A DNA stretch of 64,000 nucleotides. Origin: Monosiga brevicollis MX1. Lineage: Eukaryota. The translations under genes were made by a program, and so were the position numbers. Below, piece by piece: positions 13,123 through 25,155 of this stretch (position 1 is the stretch's first letter; every line of letters starts with the position of its first letter). Below the pieces are notes generated by a model. The model had not been told where the DNA came from. It was given only the letters and a program-made list of their open reading frames with translations, and searched no databases. Location: positions 81,858 through 145,857 of the forward strand of contig NW_001865079.1 in NCBI RefSeq assembly GCF_000002865.3, given 5' to 3'.

Positions 13123-13326
13123 AAATGTCGCCGCTCCACCGTCAGGTCGATTGGCACGGTTTGACTGAAGACGAGTCTGCAAACCAAATGTCGCCCCGAT
13201 CCACCGTCAGGTCGATGAGCGCAGGTTGGTTGCAGTCAAGTTAACAAACCAAATGTCGCCCCGCTCCACCGTCAGGTCTTTCCGCGCAGGTTAGTTGCAG
13301 CCAAGTTAACGAACCAAATGTCTCCC
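13123..13326. repeat. Imperfect ~63-65-bp tandem repeat (3 copies plus a partial)
   Basis: Core AAATGTCGCC(CC)G(C/A)TCCACCGTCAGGTC at 13123, 13186 and 13251, partial at 13316. Second halves are related but diverged. Confidence 0.85.
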
Positions 13327-14125
13327 TGAGCGAGCAACACCAAGACGTTCAGAGGGAGCTTCAGCGTCAGGTCAACATTAAACTGTGTTAACGTTCAAGC
13401 TGACCGGACTGCTTTTTTAGATTATTGCTTGTAAGACTGTTTTTGTCTACGACACATGTCAATGTCAGAAAAGTTTGAGCGCGCAGAGTGCGGTGGATTG
13501 ATTATTGCGGCGCGAGTGCTCATGCTCTCTGCCTGGGGGTGGCAAAGAAACAAGACGCGGAAACCAATTGGTGCTGTGTGGCTTCCCCTCTTATCCATCG
13601 ATTGCCAAGGACCCTGCCATCCAGATGTGGCGTAGAAGGTTTGATCAGCTATAGCCACCAGCGCCAGTGGACCTCAAGCGATCGAGCGACCGAGCGACCG
13701 AGCGAGAGAGAAAAAAAAACGGCTGGCCGTTTAGGCTGAACCGTCGAGCAAGCGCAGCTGCCAAGAGTTGCCTGTACCTGCTATTCACGAGGCTACCGAG
13801 GCCAAACAAAGTCTTCTCAGTCCCTCGCAGCAGTAGCCAGTTCTATCTTGCACCCTCCCGGTGCATCAACACGTCTGGTTCGTTTAAAATCGTCTGACAA
13901 GCGTGACTTTCCATTGAAGGAAACGTCTGACATCAGCCGCATCCATAACCTTTAACACAAGCGCCAGCGAATTTTCTCGTTTGTAAGGTGTGTGACTTCC
14001 TTCCAAACCAAAACGAGATTAACGTCTGACAATTATCTTTGTGTTGACAATTGGTGTTGCATAAATGTGTTGTTGCAGTGGCACAAAAATAAACTAGCCG
14101 TTACGCGAACTCGGCTCGGGCAAGC

Positions 14126-14154
14126 ATGGCCGCTCCGTCGGAGACTAGTGGTCG

Positions 14155-14190
<36 letters not shown>

Positions 14191-16683
14191 GAAGGGAGGT
14201 TCGGGCTCAAAGGCCGTTTTGGCCTCAGCCCGTGCGGCGCTCTTGGCTCACCAGGCTGAGCGGGCAGCCCAGCTCTTTCTCACGTACATTGGTCAGGTGC
14301 CTACCGCAATTCAGGTACGAGAACAATATTATTTCAATCGCCCCCCAAGGATGCAGAGGGGGTCGGCCTCACCATGGTGGTCAATGAACCCCTAACCCTG
14401 TAGGAACCTGATCTTGCTCTGGAGGCTGCCACTGCCGTGCGTACGTACGCCTGGGAGCTCTTGGACACAGATCGAGCCGCTAGTGCATGCTGGATATACG
14501 ACAATGCGCTGCGCATGCTGCCCGTTCCCGCTGCTGTCTGTGATGCTGCACACGTGTACATGGCCGCGGCACGTCCGCGCGCCGCCTTTGCTGCCCTGCA
14601 CGCAGCACTGCATCGACCAGCCACCCGAGCTGAGCGCCATCAACTCGAAGCCACGCTTGATTATCTGCGCTCTCGGGCGATTGACCGCTGGCACTTTCCC
14701 ATGGTAAACGATACCCTGCGGAACCGGCGATATCAGCAGGCCATTCGCCGGGCCATTGAGCGCTTCAGAGCACATTACGGCCGTGCACCCGTCGTCTTAG
14801 ACATTGGTGCTGGTACAGGCTTGTTGAGTCTCTATGCCTCTGTTGCTGGCGCGCAGCACGTCTTTGCGTGCGAAATGAACGTCCTTCTTGCCGATGTGGC
14901 TCGCCAGTGTGTCGCTCGCCACCAACGCTCCCACTGTATCACCGTTCTTGAATGCCACTCAACTACGCTGCAACGAGGCATGCCCGTGCCGCTTTCAGCG
15001 TTGCCGCAGCAAGCCACCGCTGCACCGCACTCCCAGACACTGATCCCTGCTTCGGGCTTTGATCTCATTCTCACCGAGCTGATGGATGCTGGCCTGCTCG
15101 GCGAGCAGATAGTACCCGTGCTCGACCATGCACGGAATCATCTTGCGGCCCCGGGCTGTATGTTCATCCCCGAAGCGGCCTGCTTGGGCTTGACTCTTGT
15201 GCATGATCCTGTCACCAGCCGGCGTTGCCATGCACCGCCCCTACCGGCGCCCACCGCTATTGTCCCCACCCTTGCGGACAGCTACTCGTGCGTGCGTTGG
15301 GACTGGTTCGAGAGTCCCCACGTCCGACACGACTGCTCTTTTATCTGGCCTGATTATGAACTTGATTTAACACGAGTGCAACCCCGGATAGACTTGCGCG
15401 TGACTCTTCCCACCACTCACTTGGACGGCGATTCACGTGCCTACTTTGTTGCCCTAACTTGGCAAGTGCGGCTGTGCGGCGCTGCCGGCGACAAGCCGGC
15501 ACTTTGGCTGGCAGCGAGCCCCCACCCCCTCCCAGGTGCACCACACGAGGCATCACCTTCACTTTGCTGGGACGTGGCCTACTATCCACTAGTACCTTCA
15601 GGGTCCCGACTTGCTCCTCAGGACGCGCATACCAGCTCAACACCGAGCGCGCCACACACAAATTCGAGCCAGGGTGCGCCCATCGAGCTAGACGTGGCCA
15701 TTCTGCCCAGTCAAGTTGCAATCAATTGGCGCATCTCCCAGCAAGCAGCACGCCCACTGGCTGCCACCCCACAAATACCCATGGGTGAACATGATCTGCT
15801 CGCTCTCAACGATCAAGCTTACCAAGACTGGATGAGCCGTGACGTGCAGCGTGCTTTGATACGGGCATCAGGTGATGCGCCGCCCCCCGGCCTTTTGGCA
15901 AGCCAACTCGCAGAGAGAACTGTCGTTTTAGCTGTGGCCATTGTCTGGGATGGGCAAAGCACCTGGCCACTCCACGCTCGCCAACAGTGGCTCTCTCAGC
16001 GGCCCGCGCACGCCCACGTTGTTTGGCACCTGCTGCCTTTGGCTGAGACCGAGGTGGGGATGTGCGTTATTGCCGCCAGCGAAGCCTGGGCTGACTTTCA
16101 TGTCCACGCACCAAGCACTGCCGCTTCGGCGGGAACTCTTGATGTAGCATGGGATCTCGTGGCTGCCGATGTGTGGGAATTGTCTGGCCAGGTACGCACT
16201 GAAGCCTTGCACCTGGTACAGCAGCTGCAAGCCATGTGTCCCCGGGTCGCCGTAGTCCCGGCAGCAGTTCATCTGGATCTGCAGCCCGTGCCTCGAGCTG
16301 TGTGGGCTCACTGGAACGAGGTGCGCTTGGAGGAGGCAGAACTGCTGGACGTGCGGCAGCTCAATGCTTACGGACTGCCCGAGGTTGCAGATGAGGCGCC
16401 GGCACTGTTGTGGCGAGCTGCGCACCACACCTGCACGCTCGCTCTCAGTGAGGCAGCGACGCGCTCGCCACCAGAGTGGTGCTTCACCTTGCCGCCAGCT
16501 CTCCAGTTGGATGGACAAGCCTTGGCTTATCAGCTGCGTTTGGCCTCTGCGGCAGGCGAGCCAGACTTGAATCCGGCCGAGACGCTGCGACGCCTGGCCG
16601 TGTTGAGAGTGCCCAGTGCTGCGCGTGGCCTTGCCTTGTATGTTCGACCAATAGCCGGCTTGACCATCGAGGCTCAGCCTTAG
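14126..16683 (+). CDS. PRMT9: Protein arginine N-methyltransferase 9-like
   Basis: RAIDRWHFPMVNDTLRNRRY, SAM-binding VLDIGAGTGLLS, VFACE, double-E loop LTELMDAGLLGEQI. Degenerate second module (LLALNDQAY). Helical TPR-like N-terminus. One intron ~14297-14403. Confidence 0.85.
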
Positions 16684-16966
16684 AGAGCGCCCTTTTATCG
16701 ACTCAAAGCATTTTATTCTTGAACGCCAGACCTTTTTTTTTCTCTTCTGATGTGCCCCTCTGTTGCCGTTGCGTGGGCGAAGGACATGATGTCAAGCCAC
16801 AGGGGCTATGGCACACATGTTGAAGCGTTTGCAGCGATAGGGAAGGCTGTTGCACAGCACAATTTTGCACAAAAGGTAGACAATTGATCATCTGAAATGT
16901 GAAATGGATTTTGTAAGGAGGCTAACGCCCGGGAATATGACTGCGCGGCCAACCCACGATCGCCTC

Positions 16967-18188
16967 TTAATCCGACACGGGAGTCAGGCGAACAAAGACG
17001 GAGCTATGGCCAGCCACGTTCTTGTAAGTAATGGGGTCGGAGACATTGCTAGTCTCGCCGGTCCAAACATCCGTGGCCGTGAACTGGCCCGAAATGCCGA
17101 GCTCTGCAAAGGAGGCAGAGATGTCGGAGGTGGCGTTGAAGATGTTGATGAAGAGCACCGCCATTTCAGCTCCTGGCAGCGGCTTGCTCCAAACCTAAAT
17201 GTGGGATGCAGTCCAGTCACCCAAAGTCCCTGGTGAGTCTTTAGGATGACCACACGCCAAAACCAAGATGCCGTTCAGTCTGAATCCCCTGTTTGTTTTC
17301 GTGTTACTTTGATGTCATAATTTCATGTGTGACCCTTCGTTTCCCTCTTTGCTCTTCGCTGGCAGTCACTGGTTGGCCTACCTGAGTCTTGGGGAAGACC
17401 TCGTTGGTGCCGGAGCTGCCACTGGCACCGTGCTTCGCAAAGCCAACAAACGTATCGCTGCTGTTTTTGACGAGTCGACCTGGCGAGCCAGCCCACTGCA
17501 CAGGCGAGCATTGTAGAGCGCAAACATGCAAAAAAAGAATTCGTGAGGCCCGCGCCAACACGTCACGAGGCCGAATAAAAAAAAGGATTTGAGCGAGCCA
17601 GAGTAGAATGGGCACGGTCGTTGGCTTACGGCTTGGTTGATGGCAATGGCAGCTTTGTTGGTGATGATGGGATAGGCCAGCTCATAGAGCGTTTCGTTGG
17701 TGAGGTCAAAGCCCAGGGTCAGCGGGGCTGACGTGACGCACCAGGCGGAAAAGTGGGTGCGGGATTCTTCGAGGTCGAGGCCAATGAAAACCTCGAGCAT
17801 GTCTGGGTAGGACCAGCAGCCAGGGCGAGAAAGAGGCTTGATCGGCACCTGGTAGATGGTTTGGAATTGCAGGTTGTACATGGTCGACTGCGGACAGTTT
17901 TAGCAGTGCGCGGCCGGGACAGGTTCATGAGCGGCGCAAGGCGGCAAGCTGATAGGCAGCATCACACAAGCTCGGCCGGATGGATCAAGAAAAACAAGCA
18001 GGCAGGCCCGGCCTTAAGAAGATCAATGGACAAGCGAATCATACCAGGAACTGTGGGGCAATGTCAGAGCTAATCCGATAGAGGTTGAAGCGGCAGTCAA
18101 CCAGAGCGGAAGGATCGGGAGGGGACCAGCTTTCATGGTTATCACCTGCGAGCGGTCAGGCGTGGCGGATCAGCAAAATAGCGGCAGA

Positions 18189-18236
<48 letters not shown>

Positions 18237-19283
18237 AGTGTGTGGTGGATGGGCGCGCAGGTCAGTTGAAGCAGTGACGGACCGCAGTTTTCAAGGACCA
18301 TGGCCCGACCGGTGGCATTCAAAGCATCGGACCACTAAGGATAGTGTTGTTGCGTAGGGTGCGTGGCTTGAGAAAGAGTGGCCGGTTGGCACGTGGGTTT
18401 TGGGGGGCTAGGGCGGAAAGATGGCCGCTTGGTCAGCGCGAGGCAAGAAACGCACCATGGAAATGTTGTGGGCGGGGCCACAGCCATCGACCTTGATGCT
18501 GTCAAAGTCGAATGCTGCGGTTGCGTTGGCGTCGTTGGCATAGTGGGGTGGCTTGCCGTGCTCGCCGCACCAGCAGTTGTTCTGGTACCTGACGACAAAG
18601 GGAAGCAGCGTACCCCGTGCGTGAGGGAAACAAGAACAGCATTCGTCTGTCAACAACGACGCCAGACCGAATTTACGGGCACTCGGGGCATGGCCAAGGT
18701 CACGAACCAGCCCATCTTGACGTTCATGCCGTGGGCTTGCTTGACCATGGCACCCATGTCAGGGAAGATCTGGGTGTTGATGATGGGGTTGCCGTTCTTG
18801 TCGTGAAAATCGTTGTTGTTGCACAATTGCCAGCCTATTAAAAGTCAGGTGGACCCAGCGTCCGGGAACAGACTACCGCGTGAGATCGGTGCGGAGCATG
18901 GCGCTGGACTCGTGTTGGAATGCACCACCAAGAAAAGACTTGGGATCCCCGCTTCAATCAAAAAAATCGAATCCCCACGGAATCAACAGCATGTACTCAA
19001 ACACCAAATCGGGCAGGTGGCATGCACGCGCACCATCATCAATGCCAATGGTATCGTAGCCATAGGACAAGAGGGACGGCTTGCCATTGACCTCCGCCTG
19101 GATGCCCTTGACCTGAGCCAGGATCAGGCTCTGGTTGATGTTCAACTCAAATGCATTCCAGCTGCGCCAGCCCATGGGCGGGGTCACAGCCAATCCATTC
19201 CACGAGTCCTGCACTGCACCCGCCGATCCCGCCAAAACAGCCGCCACTGCCATCAAGGGCAGGGTATACTCCAAGACCCCCAT
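16967..19283 (-). CDS. Secreted glycoside hydrolase family 27 (alpha-galactosidase/NAGA-like), multi-exon
   Basis: Signal peptide, NGLAVTPPMGWRSWN, GIDDG/W, FDSIKVDGC, PGCWSYPDMLEV, ESRTHFSAWCVTSAPL, and a C-terminal beta domain (MAVLFIN...DVWTG...VAGHSSVFVRL). Confidence 0.9.
18191..18234. repeat. (AC)n microsatellite (intronic)
   Basis: Perfect AC run. Confidence 0.9.
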
Positions 19284-19817
19284 CCTGCACGAACTCGCCG
19301 TCACTGCCACTGAGAGAGAGAAGGAGAGAGAGAAAATGCATCGTTCAGTGTGTAGAGAGGCGAGTCTAGTTTCGAGTTGGAGTGAGAGGTGGGGATCAAC
19401 CGCGTGTTCGTAGCCAGAGAGACACTTTGACAACGAGGCTCAACCTTACTGATAACAAAGGCATATAAGAGGTTTTGATCACTCTCGTCCATTCATGTAG
19501 AGAGGACGACGTTTTACATTTGCAACCACAGAGACGGAGAGCAATCGAGGGACTCACCATGTTTTTGTTGTTGTTTTGTCGCCTTTGTATGTACAAATAC
19601 AACTAAGAGGAGGGTGTTTAGAATAACACCTCCCAACGCTTCCAACCCTGCCAGTCTGCTCGAAGACTCAATTGACAAGTCTCCACCAAGACTGGGAGAC
19701 CAGCTCTTGAGCACATGTCCCCGCGTGACTTGTGACGGCACAGAGAGAGACAGAGTGAGAGAGAGAGAGAGAGAGAGAGGGCGCGCGCGTCTTTTCGAGT
19801 CTGTGAGAGCCGCGAGG

Positions 19818-22800
19818 ATGGCGACGGTCAGCTCGACCCAGCTGTCGAACAAACGGCATCCCATGCCGGATGAACGCCTGGAGGTAAGGCAATAAGATTG
19901 CATTCATTGGTGTTGATATCAGAGGCTAGAAGACTTTGTGGGCCAATACCGTGACAACCATCACGTGGCGTCGCACGGCGCACACACACACACGCACACA
20001 CAACCCTCGCTCGGCAGCGTCGGCACTCGCTCGCTCTTCTCAAACACCCTTACCCCCCACCCCTCCTATCTGCCTTTACCTCAAACAGAAACTCAAGACG
20101 GCCACCGCACCCCATGTGGACTCGTTCAACTACATGGTCAAGCATGGCCTCGAGCAGGCCGTGGCCGACCTTGACCCCCTGACCTTTGTGGCCCAGAACA
20201 AAACCATCAGTTTGAGCATTGCCAAATGCCGCCTCGAGCAGCCCACCGTCAGTCGCAAAGAAGGCTTTTCCACTGCCAATGCCCTCTACCCTGCGGAATG
20301 CCGTCAACGGCGCGTCACATACAAGGGTGACTTTTATCTCACCGTCAACATTGAGTGAGTCGACAAACCCACTCCCTTCATTGCGCACTCGCACAAACAC
20401 GCATGCATGCCGGCACTGCGCGTGCGCTCGTTCCTGCCGCCCCTTGGCACAGACTCATCGGCGCTTGCTCAAACCTCAGGGTCGAGGGCCAGCCCAATGC
20501 CTGGCAGGTCGAGCGCTACGTCGGGCAGCTTCCCATCATGATCATGTCCAACGCCTGTCGCCTCAATGGCCTCAGCCCTCGCGAACTTGTCATGAAGAAG
20601 GAAGAAGCTCAGGAGATGGGTGGCTACTTTATCATCAACGGCAACGAAAAAATTGTTCGCATGCTCCTCATGCCTCGCCGCAACCACGTACGCCACCCTG
20701 CTGCATCCTGCTAGCCGTTGCACCCCAGCCAGCCGCCCTCCGCGAGTCACCCTCACAACTGGATTTTGGATTCTGAATTCGCGCGCGCGTAGCCCATCTG
20801 CCTTGATCGCCCGTCCTACGTCAATCGTGGCCCCGGCTACTCCTCGTATGGTGTCCAGATGCGCTGTGTTCGCCCAGACCAATCGGCACAGACCGTGGTC
20901 GTCCATTACAAGAATGATGGTACCTGCACCCTCGGCTTTTCATACCGCAAGCAACAGTATCTGATCCCGGCCATCCTCCTACTTCGTGCCCTATCGGGCG
21001 TCTCGGACCGCCAAATCTTCATGGATATCGTTCGCGGTGACATGAGCAACTCTTTCCTGGTGGAACGCGTTGAAATCATGCTTCGCCAGTACACCCGCGA
21101 GCGTTTGTTCTCGCAACAGGCCTGCCTTGCCTATCTTGGCAACCTTTTCAAGGTTCGCACATGCCATTGATTTGCATACTCGACCCGGTTTGCACACCGT
21201 CTTTACTCACTGCCTTGTCCCGCACAGGTCATCCTCAATCTGCACCCTGAGACCTCAGATGTGGAGGCCGCTCACATTCTCTTCAAACGCGTCTTGCTCG
21301 TTCATATTGCCCCCAATGACTTTCAAGCCAAGTACCGCGTCCTTGTCGGCCTCATCCGACGAGTGTACAGCCTGGCTGCTGGCAGTACCCAGCCTGACAA
21401 CGCTGACTCGCAGATGCTGCAGGAACTGCTCCTGCCCGGCCACATCTACTGCGCCTTTGTCAAGGAACAAATGAGCGAATACCTGGTGGCCATGCAGAAA
21501 TTGGTGCAGACTGACTTGCGCATGGGCAAAACTGTGGACGTGAGCAACACCAACTATTTGCAGACCGACGTCATGCGTCGCTGCCCAGACATTGGAAGCA
21601 AGCTCGAGTACTTTATGAGCACGGGCAACCTCAACTCGCCCACGGCCCTTGATCAGATGCAGGTCACCGGCTTTACCATTGTTGCGGACAAGCTCAACTT
21701 TCTCCGCTACCTGTCTCATTTTCGCTGCGTGCATCGTGGTGCCTACTTCTCGCAAATGAAGACCACGGCCGTCCGCAAGCTGCTCCCGGAGGCTTGGGGC
21801 TTTCTTTGCCCCGTCCACACTCCCGATGGTGCCCCTTGCGGTCTCCTCAATCACTTGGCTCGCCACTGTCTGCCCCCGACCGAGCCCGTGGACATCAGCT
21901 CCCTGCCCCCCACCCTTCTGGGCTTGGGCATGATTGCTGTTAGCGAGCAACCACACTTTCACTGCCTGGACGTGCTCCTGGACGGCCATCTTGTTGGCTT
22001 TCTCGCTCTCGAGCAAGCTCCCAAGGTTGGTGATAATCAGAATTTTTTGCTTATTTGTTTTGTGTTTGTTTTTTCCTTCTTCTTTTTCTTCTACTGTTCT
22101 TCTCATTTGCACACGTGCTTGTGCGCGCCCATCAATGCCTCAAATCACTCTCCCCGCTTATAGTTTGCCGAGCAGCTCCGTATTTTGAAGATTCGCGACG
22201 ATGAGCGGGTACCCAACACTCTGGAGATTGCCTACGTTGCCCCGCGCGCCGCTGGCCAATTTCCAGGTGGGTGCACAACGTGGATTGTGCAATTGATTGC
22301 TTTGACAATGGGCCGTCCAGCTCAAGAGCTACCCGGCGTCACATCCAGGGCCTCCACCATTTTTATTTCTCCTAGCTTGCGTACACTCACTTGCATGGGC
22401 TATGTGTGTACATGCCATAGGCTTGTACCTGTTCAGCACGCCCGCGCGCCTGCTGCGGCCTGTGCGCAACCTGCGGATGAAGAGCACCGAGTTTGTCGGC
22501 TCGTTTGAGCAGGTCTACCTCAATGTGGCCGTGGACCCCAAGGAGTTTGTGTCTGGCGAGACGACGCACATGGAGCTTACCAAGCATGGCTTTCTCAGCA
22601 TCGTGGCCAGTTTCACGCCCTTTTCCGGTTCGCACCCTCGACTCTGCTTGCGTCTTTGCGTCCTCTTCCCAGATTGCTGTTAGGTTTCGATCTGCCTGAC
22701 TCACAATGAATGCTCTCTGTGTTGTGTCCCCTCCTAAGATTTCAACCAGTCACCTCGTAACATGTACCAGTGCCAGATGGGCAAGCAGACCATGGGTGTC

Positions 22801-24671
22801 CCTGGTCAAGCTATCAAGTACCGCGCTGACAACAAGTTATACTCACTCAACAGCGGTCAAACACCTTTGGTACGGCCGCGTGCCTACAATGAGTATGGCG
22901 TGGACAACTTTCCCGTGGGCAACAACGCCATCGTTTGCGTCATTGCGTACACGGTAGGTCTTCCTACGAGTTGTGGGATCAAGTGGCAACCCGTTGAATG
23001 AGCACACCTTGATTGTGATCCAATGCCTGATGTGTGTCCTCTCGCTTTGACAGGGCTATGATATGGAAGATGCCATGATCTTGAACAAAGGATCAGTGGA
23101 GCGTGGTTTCATGCATGCGCGCGTGCTGGCAACCAAGGTCATTGATCTCACGGAAAAAACCAAATCGCGAGTCTGCCACTACTATTTTGGTGTCTTGCCC
23201 AAGGATCGCTCTGCCAATCTCAAGATGGAGAAGCTTGATGCCGATGGGCTCCCGCGCGTTGGGGCGCACATCAAGGAAGGCGATGCTCTCTACTCCTACA
23301 TTGATGGCTCAACCAACGAGTCGCGAACGGAAATTTACCGCGGCGAACCTGCCATCATTGATCGCGTAAGTGTTTTTTTTTTTTTTTTCCCTTGCACAGT
23401 CGGACGTGACCACCCTTCCTTCTTTTCTTTTTTCTGTTTCTGTTTCTGTTTCTGTTTCTTTTCTTTTCCTTCCTCGACTCACCTCCACGTGGTGATTTTG
23501 CAGGTCACAATTCTGGGCGGCACCAGCATGCGCGGCTCTGTCAAGGGCCCGCAGAAGGTCACCATTCGCCTCAGCATCAACCGCAACCCTATCATCGGTG
23601 ACAAGTTTGCCTCCCGCCACGGACAAAAGGGTATTCTTTCGCAGTTGTGGCCCACCGCAGACATGCCCTTCAGCGAGTCTGGCATCATTCCCGACATTCT
23701 CTTCAATCCCCACGGTTTCCCTTCGCGCATGACCATCGGCATGCTCATTGAGAGCATGGCTGGCAAGTCGGCTGCCTTGCACGGCGTGGCGCACGATGCC
23801 ACGCCTTTTATGTTCAACGAGGTCAGGAGTAGGCTCCCGCTCCTAGCTTGGCATGGAGAAAACAGTGGCTTGGTGGTTCAAAAATGGCTTTGATCTTGTC
23901 CGTGCTCACATTGTCGATCCTTCCCTTTGAACGGCGTGGTTAGAATGAGCGTGCTGTCGATTACTTTGGTGAGCAGCTGCGGACGGCCGGGTATAACTAT
24001 CACGGCCACGAGCGCATGTACTCGGGCATCACGGGCGAGGAATTTGAGGTGGACATTTTCATCGGTAAGCAGCATGTCTTCCGAGTGTGCCTGCCCCGTC
24101 ATCCAAGGTCTTTTAACTTACATCATCGATTCTCTTGCGTTGCGTCACCCACTCGCAGGCAATGTGTTCTATCAGCGCCTGCGTCACATGGTGTCTGACA
24201 AGTTCCAGGTGCGAACGCAAGGTCCCGTGAACAGCCTGACGCGGCAGCCCGTCAAGGGTCGCAAGAAGAACGGTGGCATTCGTTTCGGCGAGATGGAGCG
24301 TGATGCTTTGCTGGGCCACGGCACCGCCTTCTTGCTTCAAGATCGCCTCTTCAACTGCTCTGACCGCTCAGAGGTATGTCACCAACGCACGATCGATGGG
24401 CCGTCCTGGTCTTTCTGCTTGGGTGTTCTCTCACTTGGCTCTTTTTGGCTCTTTTTAGGTGGATGTGTGCCGGAAATGTGGCAGCCTTTTGTCCCCGTAT
24501 TCATCGGAAAAGACGGCGGCCAATCGTATTCGTGTGCTGCGCTGCCGTGGTTGCAGTGACGGCGGCGAGGTGGTTCGGGTTAACCTTCCCTACGTGTTTC
24601 GGTATTTGACAGCTGAGCTGTCGGCCATGAACATTCGCCTCAGTCTGGATGTAGCGCCCATTGTCGCATAG
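19818..24671 (+). CDS. POLR1B: DNA-directed RNA polymerase I second-largest subunit (RPA2/RPA135), multi-exon
   Basis: [115 protein letters not shown]-terminal zinc finger and [11 protein letters not shown]. These are Pol I-type variants. Confidence 0.96.
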
Positions 24672-25155
24672 ACTTGACAGGCAGGGATGAGGAGTGCTAG
24701 AGTTATTCTTGCGTTTCTGTTACGTTCTCTTTGTTGATTTGTAGCCATCGCGGTCTTTCTGTTGTTTTTGTGTTTTTGGTGCCTTTTGAACAGGCAAGGC
24801 CGGCTTGGGGGTTGAGATGGTAACCTGCCAGGATCCTTGTCAACCTGGCTTTTCTTTTGATTGTTGTTTTTGCAAAGCAGGGTGAAATGAGCCCCTCATG
24901 TGCTTGCTGGTAATCTTACAACGTCGCTTCGCGGCTCGGTAAAACCCTTTTGTGTCAAAATGAATTGACCGGCTCGTCTGCGCTCGCAAGTGAATGAATA
25001 TGTGAGAAAAGTTGATTATTATGATTTCAAAATACTTGACGCAGATGATAAAAGATCTCATCATAGGAACATGTCGGTCAGGCGATGGGGGCACCGTGCC
25101 CTCCAGCTGGCGCCCAAAAGGCAACCTTTGCTTTGAGAGGAAGCGCCAGCTCACA

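Noticed and set aside
13123..13326. Possible mini CRISPR array (28-bp core with ~36-bp linkers)
   Set aside because: The linkers are clearly homologous to each other, so this is a degenerate tandem repeat.
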